DNA of 57,162 bases from IMG/VR virus record IMGVR_UViG_3300001335_000513, positions 1-57,162 of that record; one strand, given 5' to 3'. The stretch comes from a virus. Lineage: Duplodnaviria > Caudoviricetes. Of this stretch, positions 9,191 to 15,941 are shown in pieces. Each line of letters begins with the position of its first letter. Within the stretch, counting starts at the first letter, position 1. Under the pieces are notes generated by a model. The model was not told the origin of the DNA and ran no database searches. It saw only the letters and a program-made list of their open reading frames with translations. The translations under genes were made by a program, and so were the position numbers.

Positions 9191-9499
9191 TTAGCTGGAT
9201 TTTGACTCATCTTCAGCAAAAGGCTGTACAGGGTCATAAAGAATTGCTGCACATTCTTCACGAGTTTGGATATCACCAAACATTTTTTCACAAAGAATAC
9301 TTAACCTTTCTTTTGGAGAAAGTAATTCAGTGTTCGATGTGTCGTGTTTTTCAACCTTCTTTTTCATAGGAGTATTTTCCGAATCATTGTAATCATGCAG
9401 AATTTCATGAAACAGTTGTTTTACGACTTCAGCTTCATTAACAGTCATAATGAAACGGATTTTTGAAATCCCATACCCTTTGTCTAAACGTTTTTGCAT
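9191..9499 (-). CDS. hypothetical early protein
   Basis: ORF preceded by the conserved leader motif. Confidence 0.65.
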   Translation of the reverse strand: MQKRLDKGYGISKIRFIMTVNEAEVVKQLFHEILHDYNDSENTPMKKKVEKHDTSNTELLSPKERLSILCEKMFGDIQTREECAAILYDPVQPFAEDESKSS

Positions 9500-9518
9500 A
9501 ACTTTAAAGTTTATATTG

Positions 9519-9545
9519 TTGGCAATATTACCAAGTAAATGATGG
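9519..9545 (-). promoter_or_regulatory. CCATCATTT motif plus palindrome (one variant base)
   Basis: CCATCATTTACTTGGTAATATTGCCAA on the minus strand. Confidence 0.75.
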
Positions 9546-9595
9546 TCTGAATTGAATGTGTGAATCTGTAAATGTATGAATTAAGAAAAAGAAAA

Positions 9596-9625
9596 GAAAA
9601 AAAATCCCTGTCAATGACAGGGATT
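9596..9625 (-). terminator. intrinsic terminator
   Basis: AATCCCTGTC/GACAGGGATT stem with a T tract on minus, after the stop at 9640. Confidence 0.8.
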
Positions 9626-9639
9626 GCTATGAAGTTGAA

Positions 9640-9978
9640 TTATGCAAGAGCAAATTCAACGAATGCAGGATGAGCAATGTGAATCTCAACTTCTTCATTT
9701 GAAGAGTCAAGGACGGCAGTGGCAACAGCTTCATTGCTAATCGAAGATTGTTCAATTAAGACGTTGATGAAGTCTCTTTCCTTTTTAGGGATTACAACCG
9801 GATATCCCAGATGCTTCATCTCTTCTATGAGATTGCCAGGTGATAATGTTTTGGCAACAAAGTTTGGACTGTCTTTAGGCTCTTCAGGAAGTTTTGCTCC
9901 GATTATGAAGTGCCCTCTTTTCTTGTCAACTATTAAATGCAATATGCATTCAACATTGTTAATCAAAAATTTATTCAT
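9640..9978 (-). CDS. hypothetical early protein
   Basis: ORF flanked by the leader motif and a terminator. Confidence 0.7.
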   Translation of the reverse strand: MNKFLINNVECILHLIVDKKRGHFIIGAKLPEEPKDSPNFVAKTLSPGNLIEEMKHLGYPVVIPKKERDFINVLIEQSSISNEAVATAVLDSSNEEVEIHIAHPAFVEFALA

Positions 9979-9996
9979 AGCTTTAAAGTTTAATTA

Positions 9997-10022
9997 TGGC
10001 AATATTGCCAAGTTAATGATGG
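9997..10022 (-). promoter_or_regulatory. CCATCATTA motif plus palindrome
   Basis: CCATCATTAACTTGGCAATATTGCCA on the minus strand. Confidence 0.75.
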
Positions 10023-10024
10023 TG

Positions 10025-10165
10025 TTATGGCATAGAACGTTCAAATTCTTCCATAACTGAAATACATTCACGGCAATAACCAAAAATGCGAATGCTGCTA
10101 ATGTCTGATGAATTGTGGTATTCGTTACCACAACAAGTACATAATTCATTGTCTTGTTCTTTCAT
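10025..10165 (-). CDS. 46-aa putative Zn-ribbon microprotein (not in ORF track)
   Basis: MKEQDNELCTCCGNEYHNSSDISSIRIFGYCRECISVMEEFERSMP; AAAGCT-ATG context. Confidence 0.65.
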   Translation of the reverse strand: MKEQDNELCTCCGNEYHNSSDISSIRIFGYCRECISVMEEFERSMP

Positions 10166-10208
10166 AGCTTTGTTGTTTAATGGTTAATAGAAATCAAAAA
10201 AAAAAGGG

Positions 10209-10313
10209 TCAATCCCTTTTTCTTTTTGATAAACCAAGTATGTCTGCCCAACCTGCTATCCCAAACACAACAAGTATTATCCAGACTATTACTTCAAATA
10301 TTGTCCATTCCAT
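10209..10313 (-). CDS. 34-aa single-TM microprotein (not in ORF track)
   Basis: MEWTIFEVIVWIILVVFGIAGWADILGLSKRKRD; CCATCATAT motif at 10337-10345 upstream; hairpin and T tract at the stop. Confidence 0.65.
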   Translation of the reverse strand: MEWTIFEVIVWIILVVFGIAGWADILGLSKRKRD

Positions 10314-10351
10314 AGCATATGATTTTTAAGTTAATAATATGATGGCAAATG

Positions 10352-10648
10352 TTATTTGCAATACTTTGCAATTAACTCCACAAGTATATCACCATGACAA
10401 GGTAATGGTTTTCACCAACACCCAAGCACTTTGCCTTTCAGTTCACATAAATGCTTTAATAAATATTTGCCTTCACCATTGGTAATCCATTCACGGTATG
10501 CTTCAATAGCCTCATGTCTGCTACCCACAACATATTTAGCAAGTGTTTTACCATCTTGTTTATGTGTGAATGGATTACCCCATTTACTCGGTCTTCCGAT
10601 ATACACATCATACGGTGCTTTCTTGCAATGTACAACCATGTTTTTCAT
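10352..10648 (-). CDS. DUF4326 protein with in-frame TGA at 10412-10414 (recoded, pseudogene or sequence error)
   Basis: VVHCKK..YDVYIGRPSKWGNPF...LKGKVLGCW*KPLPCHGDIL; the family motif continues past the TGA to TAA at 10352. Confidence 0.85.
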
Positions 10649-10705
10649 AGTATAAGGTTTTAAGTTAGTAAAATGATGGTTTGTGAAGATAAAAAAAAGA
10701 GAGGT

Positions 10706-10990
10706 TTAACCCTCTCTTAAGTAAGTCTTCAGCACCCTGACAATATACTCCGTCAGGGTACTGTATGGCTTTCGTGTATTTTGGTTCATCTGCCATGAAC
10801 CTTGGCCGTTATGGCAGCAGTCAAAATACACAGATTTCTCTGTTTTGTACTTATAGATATTGAATGAATATTCTACAGCCCCACATGGGCTGTAGAATGC
10901 CTTTTCGGCCACATAATATTTGTGGCCGAAAATAATGATAACGGCTCTTAACTCGTTATCATTGGTCAACCTAACGTTAACTACTTTCAT
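10706..10990 (-). CDS. hypothetical early protein
   Basis: ORF with motif at 11048-11056 upstream and an AAGAGAGG/CCTCTCTT terminator at its end. Confidence 0.7.
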   Translation of the reverse strand: MKVVNVRLTNDNELRAVIIIFGHKYYVAEKAFYSPCGAVEYSFNIYKYKTEKSVYFDCCHNGQGSWQMNQNTRKPYSTLTEYIVRVLKTYLREG

Positions 10991-11057
10991 TTATATTACC
11001 ACTGCCCTGTGGATTTGTTTTGGCATCTGGCTCGCCATTCATCAATAAGATGATGGT

Positions 11058-11082
11058 AAAAAAAGGGTGCCGAAGCACCCTT
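11058..11082 (-). terminator. intrinsic terminator with UUCG tetraloop
   Basis: AAGGGTGC-TTCG-GCACCC-T7 on the minus strand. Confidence 0.9.
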
Positions 11083-11085
11083 AAC

Positions 11086-11424
11086 TTAGTTAAGACAATA
11101 GTTGTCATCCACCATACCCGTTTCTTCTGGTAATAAGATAGGGTTTATCCTGTAGATGTTAAATAAATGTGTCACATTATCTATTCCTGCTTGTCCAAGA
11201 ATAGTATTGGATATGACACCAAGGCCCTGCAAGAAAGAAATTAATTCTTTTTTGCAAGACGGGATGGTAGTCGTTGATGCCATACCAGGCTTGACAATTG
11301 GCAAGCACTCTGTATAATCGAGTACCTTGCCATTACTTATCAATATAACCTGGTACATGCCTGACGGCTGCCCGACAAAGTTTATCCCTGATAACACTTT
11401 GCCATTATAGATAAAATTATTCAT
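11086..11424 (-). CDS. hypothetical early protein, first leftward gene
   Basis: ORF with motif at 11432-11440, only 8 bp from the ATG. Confidence 0.7.
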   Translation of the reverse strand: MNNFIYNGKVLSGINFVGQPSGMYQVILISNGKVLDYTECLPIVKPGMASTTTIPSCKKELISFLQGLGVISNTILGQAGIDNVTHLFNIYRINPILLPEETGMVDDNYCLN

Positions 11425-11542
11425 AGCAATAAAATGATGGCCCCCCTGGAAGGAAACCTATAAGGCTTTCCATATAGAAGCAGATGGCCTTATGGATTCA
11501 TAAATTTCAAAATTTTTTTTTGATTTTTTTTTAGGTATAAGA

Positions 11543-11550
11543 TAACTTTG
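11543..11550 (+). promoter_or_regulatory. Bacteroidota -7 promoter element
   Basis: TAACTTTG with TTTG at about 11519-11522; upstream of the first rightward gene. Confidence 0.6.
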
Positions 11551-11566
11551 TAAAAAAGGAATAGAT

Positions 11567-11962
11567 ATGGTACACTTATTAATAATATTGTTTGGGATAT
11601 GGAACGGTTACGTGATTCGATGGAGAAGACGGAACGATAAGCGAGATAGCAAGAGATGGCATATTGTCGGAAGGTTGTGTGTAGGATTGTTGCTTTTTAT
11701 GGGGATTTTGCCATTATTTTCATGGGGTGTTTATGTAATTAATCCGTTTTTGTTACTAAGTCCGTGGCATGGAGGAGTAGTTACGTTATTTCTTGCATTT
11801 GGCTGTTCTTACTGGATATATGATATGATAATCAATTACATTAACGGCTGGGATTGGGATTATTCTGGTTCAAAGGATAGCAGGTTTTGGCGAGGGGAGT
11901 TATATGTATGGATATTTCTGGTAACGATATTATTAATATTTGGGAACAGGTTAGACGGATGA
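11567..11962 (+). CDS. multi-pass membrane protein, possible holin
   Basis: About four hydrophobic segments; overlaps the endolysin start. Confidence 0.55.
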   Translation: MVHLLIILFGIWNGYVIRWRRRNDKRDSKRWHIVGRLCVGLLLFMGILPLFSWGVYVINPFLLLSPWHGGVVTLFLAFGCSYWIYDMIINYINGWDWDYSGSKDSRFWRGELYVWIFLVTILLIFGNRLDG

Positions 11963-12393
11963 GTTTATTTGGCACAAGTTTCAGGATAGAAGAATTTGTA
12001 CCACCGGAGACGGTAGAACGTTGGGGATTAGGACGAAGTATATGGTTTGTACGGCCACACGTAGTATTATTTTGTTCACACATAAAGGAGACTTTTGGTG
12101 GTATATTAACGATAAACAATTGGTATTGGGGAGGTGTATTCAAGTACAGTGGATATCGGCCACCAGATTGCGATGTAGGTGCTAAAGAATCTTCACACAA
12201 GCGGAGTGATGCGGTAGATATGCGAAGTACAGGAATAGGAGTAGAAGAATTGAGTGATTACATAGAGAGGAAATATTCGTTATTGCACAGTCGTTATTTA
12301 CTAACGGGAATAGAATTAGGGACGAGTAGTTGGACACATGTTGATTTTCGATGCACTGGATTGGATTATTTACATAAAATACCTTATCAATGA
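11959..12393 (+). CDS. peptidase M15-like endolysin (start likely ATG 11959)
   Basis: SGYRPP..VGAKESSH..SDAVD and WTHVDFR Zn-peptidase motifs. Confidence 0.8.
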   Translation: MSLFGTSFRIEEFVPPETVERWGLGRSIWFVRPHVVLFCSHIKETFGGILTINNWYWGGVFKYSGYRPPDCDVGAKESSHKRSDAVDMRSTGIGVEELSDYIERKYSLLHSRYLLTGIELGTSSWTHVDFRCTGLDYLHKIPYQ

Positions 12394-13091
12394 TAAATAA
12401 AATAAAGTTAATAGGATTATTTATATTGTTTGTATTAATGAGCGGTTTGTACATTCAGGAATGTATCAAGCGTCAGCATGTTGACGGATTAAATATTGCT
12501 CAGATGGAACAATTTGAATTAGAGCGGAATTATTTAATATCGAAGTATGACAGTTGTTTATTGAGTAAGAGTACAATTGATACGATACGAGACACGATAT
12601 TTAAATATTTAGGTTACAAATACATTAAGAAGGAATTGACGGCAGTAGATTCGATAAAGATACACGAATATTTTTTATTAAGTGATGACGGAACAGACAC
12701 GGTTGATATTTATGAGAAGGAATATGATGGAATACTGGAGAGTGAGGATTTCGAATTAGTATGGTATGCGAGGGTATTTGGTGAATTGGAAGAGTTAAGT
12801 TTTCCACATTACCGTGTATACAAGGAAAAGATCATAGAGAATTGGGTTATCAACAATCCGGCACCGCCATCAGAGGAAAAGATAGAATACAAATATAGGC
12901 GAGGTATTTATTTAGAAGGGTCTTTAGGGAATAGTATGGAGAGTTGGAAGAGTTGGGAGAGTATAGATGGTGGAATAGGATATTTAACCAGACGAGGGAT
13001 AAGTTTTGGGATTAACTACGAATATTTTGTATTTAAAGATATTAGAGGACAATTTTTACGATTACGATTAAGATATTACTTGGGCAAGTAG
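12390..13091 (+). CDS. membrane-anchored, spanin-like lysis accessory protein
   Basis: N-terminal TM, amphipathic beta-strand C-terminus, coupled to the endolysin. Confidence 0.5.
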   Translation: MINKIKLIGLFILFVLMSGLYIQECIKRQHVDGLNIAQMEQFELERNYLISKYDSCLLSKSTIDTIRDTIFKYLGYKYIKKELTAVDSIKIHEYFLLSDDGTDTVDIYEKEYDGILESEDFELVWYARVFGELEELSFPHYRVYKEKIIENWVINNPAPPSEEKIEYKYRRGIYLEGSLGNSMESWKSWESIDGGIGYLTRRGISFGINYEYFVFKDIRGQFLRLRLRYYLGK

Positions 13092-13174
13092 GGTCCTTGC
13101 CAAGTGTTTTTCATAATTATTTTTTTTGGGTTAATCACCGGTTTGGGGCTTAAAAGACCAAGCCGGTGTTTTTT
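13083..13174 (+). ncRNA. candidate antisense sRNA or 3'-UTR element with terminator
   Basis: GGCAAG/CTTGCC hairpin, TGTTTTTCATAATT linker, 11-bp stem 13136-13168, T6. Confidence 0.45.
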
Positions 13175-13277
13175 CATATTTGAAAAACCCATCATTTTAT
13201 CACTTAATGTTTAAATATTAGTACAAATATGTTAATAAATTTTGAACTTGATTATTGTAATTTTTAGAAATAATAAT

Positions 13278-13285
13278 TACATTTG
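13278..13285 (+). promoter_or_regulatory. Bacteroidota -7 promoter element
   Basis: TACATTTG about 7 nt before the hairpin at 13293. Confidence 0.6.
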
Positions 13286-13291
13286 AAAATA

Positions 13292-13378
13292 TTTCCGGCT
13301 AAATTTAGTTGGAAGGTTGTTCATAGCTTTAATTACCTTATGTGGCCGGAGTTAAGGAATGCGCTCCGGCCATTTTTT
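13292..13378 (+). ncRNA. candidate ~87-nt antisense sRNA
   Basis: Promoter element, 9-bp 5' hairpin with two G-U pairs, GTTCATAGCTTTAA linker, 9-bp terminator stem, T6. Confidence 0.6.
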
Positions 13379-13391
13379 AAAAAAGATGTTT

Positions 13392-13667
13392 ATGTCAGAT
13401 AAATATATAATAAAGAATGAACATTTACTGATGGATGTTGCCAGGTACAAAATTGGATGGATGTTTATATCAGTATGTAACAGTGGTATGGGTCGTATGA
13501 TATTGCGTAATTCGTTAGAAATGGTCAGGAGTGCGAATTACGAAGCGATGTTATTGTTATTTGATGAAAATGAGAGGAGTCTTTCAGGTTACATTTACAT
13601 TTTTGACAGTGCTGAGCAATACGAATGGTTTATGAAAGAAACAGATTATGTTGAATGGGAAATATAA
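13392..13667 (+). CDS. hypothetical protein (start revised; ATG 13359 lies inside a terminator loop)
   Basis: In-frame ATGs at 13386 and 13392. Confidence 0.55.
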   Translation: MSDKYIIKNEHLLMDVARYKIGWMFISVCNSGMGRMILRNSLEMVRSANYEAMLLLFDENERSLSGYIYIFDSAEQYEWFMKETDYVEWEI

Positions 13668-13692
13668 TTATTAACTTTTAAAAAATGACATT

Positions 13693-14565
13693 ATGAAAGT
13701 AGAACATTTCAAGATTGTTGATGATGGACGAGGTGGTATCATTGTCAATGGAACAGATGTTAAAGAGAAAGAATCAGGCATACATGCCATTGTTGATTTT
13801 TCTTTGACATTTCGCACACCGATTCCGAATGATCTTTTTGACCACATTCAAAAATTGAAGTTATTTTTTCTTCAGTTGACAGGACATTGGGAAGATGGTT
13901 TATCAAAATACCTGGAGATGGATTTTTCTTTGAAGGACCAGGAGAATGACGAACGTTATTTACGGGCCTATTGGTTGTATGAGAATACAGTTATTACAGG
14001 GTTAAAGGCGAAGGATGATTATTACATCATAACCGGTAAGATTACGAATCGTTATGGTCAGACAATTGGTATGAGTTCACCAAAGGTTACATATGATACG
14101 GCTTATTCTGGTTTTTCTCATATGGTTTCTTTGGCAAACGAACTTGTTGGTAATGTAGAAAAATTTGTCAATGACCGGAAATTGCGAATGATGGAACCCC
14201 GGCAATATGTTTTGGATTTGTTCAAAGATGCAGAGCCACATGATTTGGAATCGATTCGCAAGATGAACGATGAACAGGTTCGTGAAGTACTTCTTAGTGA
14301 ATTGGAACGTAAAAATGCCATTGTTATTGGTGTTAATGTTCCTGATAATAAAGAAGAGCCAAAAGATGAAATTTTCGTAAAGAAAGATGAAGGGGATGTT
14401 GAAACTAAGGAAAAAGTTGAAGAAACTGAAAAGAGTAAAACTTCGTCAAAGAAAGATCCATTAAATAAAAGTTCAAAACCTGCTTCAAAAGCACCCAAGA
14501 ATGTTCCAGAGGTTAAGAAGCAAAAGGTAAAGACTGCTGAAGAAATTGCTGCAGATGACTTTTAA
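13693..14565 (+). CDS. hypothetical protein with charged low-complexity C-terminus
   Basis: 290-aa ORF ending ADDF. Confidence 0.7.
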   Translation: MKVEHFKIVDDGRGGIIVNGTDVKEKESGIHAIVDFSLTFRTPIPNDLFDHIQKLKLFFLQLTGHWEDGLSKYLEMDFSLKDQENDERYLRAYWLYENTVITGLKAKDDYYIITGKITNRYGQTIGMSSPKVTYDTAYSGFSHMVSLANELVGNVEKFVNDRKLRMMEPRQYVLDLFKDAEPHDLESIRKMNDEQVREVLLSELERKNAIVIGVNVPDNKEEPKDEIFVKKDEGDVETKEKVEETEKSKTSSKKDPLNKSSKPASKAPKNVPEVKKQKVKTAEEIAADDF

Positions 14566-14586
14566 ATTACAATTGATTTGATTGAC

Positions 14587-14620
14587 AAGGACAGAATTTG
14601 ATACATCAAGTTCTGTCCTT
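14587..14620 (+). terminator. 15-bp hairpin, likely terminator or processing site
   Basis: AAGGACAGAATTTGA-taca-TCAAGTTCTGTCCTT followed by a T-rich tract. Confidence 0.65.
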
Positions 14621-14659
14621 TATTATTTAGGGGAAAAAATAATATTAAAAAAAAATAAA

Positions 14660-15490
14660 ATGTTTTTAACAGATACATCAATAGAGTTCATTGAAAAAGG
14701 ACACAAATATATTTTAAAAAAATATCCTGATGTTGTTCCATTGAGTACAACAAGAATGATAAAAAGTTTTTGTGAACCTTTTGACAGAGAAAAGATTTCT
14801 TATTTTGTTGCCAGGGCAAACTTGCGAAAAGAGTTAAAACAAAGAAGAGAAGTTACTGAACAAGAAATATTAAAAGAAAAAAAGAAGGTATTAAAACTTT
14901 GGGATTCAAAAGCTGATATAAGTCAGAAACATGGGAATTACATTCACGATATAATGGATTCTGGTTTTCGTGGTATGCCTGTACCATACCATATGTCAGA
15001 AATTTTTAATGAGTTATGGATTTATTTCAGCAAATATGTTCAAATAAGTAGTGAAGCGAATATTTGTTTGTATGAACATTTCATAACTGGCCGGATAGAT
15101 TATTTTTGTTACAGGCAGAAAAATTCTAATGTTGTAGATTTGAAAGATATTAAGACAAATCTTTTCAATAAGATAAGATTTGATTCTACACTGATTAAAG
15201 AAGGTAGGATAAAGCATTATGACAGATATATGCTTGAACCATTGGATTATCTTGAGGATTGTGATTATAACAAAATGGTTCTTCAATTAAGCACATATGC
15301 TTACATATTGGAAAGGCAATACGGTTTACGAATAGGTTCATTGGAGATTATACATATTGATACAGATAGTGATATATTGATTGAAACTGACAAAATGCCT
15401 AATTTTGTAATCAACAGATATCCGGTTGCATATATGCGAGATGCTGTAATAAAAATGATTGAAGCAACGACAGGTTCTGGATATTTTTAA
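14660..15490 (+). CDS. PD-(D/E)XK nuclease (start likely ATG 14660)
   Basis: HGNYIH, SSE, GRID, DIKTN and LQLSTYAYILE motifs. Confidence 0.8.
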   Translation: MFLTDTSIEFIEKGHKYILKKYPDVVPLSTTRMIKSFCEPFDREKISYFVARANLRKELKQRREVTEQEILKEKKKVLKLWDSKADISQKHGNYIHDIMDSGFRGMPVPYHMSEIFNELWIYFSKYVQISSEANICLYEHFITGRIDYFCYRQKNSNVVDLKDIKTNLFNKIRFDSTLIKEGRIKHYDRYMLEPLDYLEDCDYNKMVLQLSTYAYILERQYGLRIGSLEIIHIDTDSDILIETDKMPNFVINRYPVAYMRDAVIKMIEATTGSGYF

Positions 15491-15501
15491 AATGTTGTGT
15501 T

Positions 15502-15939
15502 ATGCCAGGTGTATTTACTGTAATTCTATCCGAGGATTACACTTATAGCCCATACAAGTTAAAGCCAAAGATTGAGCGACAACAGTTAGCTATGCATAGA
15601 GTATGGGGTAAAGACAAACCAGATATTTCAAAAATTGAAAATCTGAAAGAAGCTATATCTGAATACCAAAGTTTAATTTTTGACACTTTAAAATTTAAAC
15701 GTGATACATACACAGCGAAACTTGTACAATTATCCAAGAGTCTTGATACGGAACAAGAGCCCGCCCGGATTACTTCTATTTTAAAAGCAATTGAATTGGT
15801 TGAAGACCGGTTACATTTAATCGAAAATGAAATAGACAGATCAGAAGAAAAGATTGAACTTTCAGGAGAAAGAAAAATATCATTAATAGAAAGGTTAATG
15901 AGAAGGAGAAAAGAATATCGTGATTTGTTAACCGATTAA
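15502..15939 (+). CDS. helical protein upstream of terL, possible terminase small subunit
   Basis: Position and coiled-coil character. Confidence 0.45.
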   Translation: MPGVFTVILSEDYTYSPYKLKPKIERQQLAMHRVWGKDKPDISKIENLKEAISEYQSLIFDTLKFKRDTYTAKLVQLSKSLDTEQEPARITSILKAIELVEDRLHLIENEIDRSEEKIELSGERKISLIERLMRRRKEYRDLLTD

Positions 15940-15941
15940 TA

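Noticed and set aside
8782-9369. ORFs 8782-8991, 9049-9291 and 9148-9369
   Set aside because: They overlap leader motifs, hairpins or the better-supported gene 9191-9499, and lack the typical start context
8824-10022. CRISPR array or integron attC sites from the repeated palindromic units
   Set aside because: The units are separated by whole genes of 300-700 bp, there is no cas gene or integrase in the window, and they lack attC core ends
14660-15490. Cas4 or CRISPR-associated function
   Set aside because: Generic PD-(D/E)XK motifs, no clear four-Cys cluster, no array
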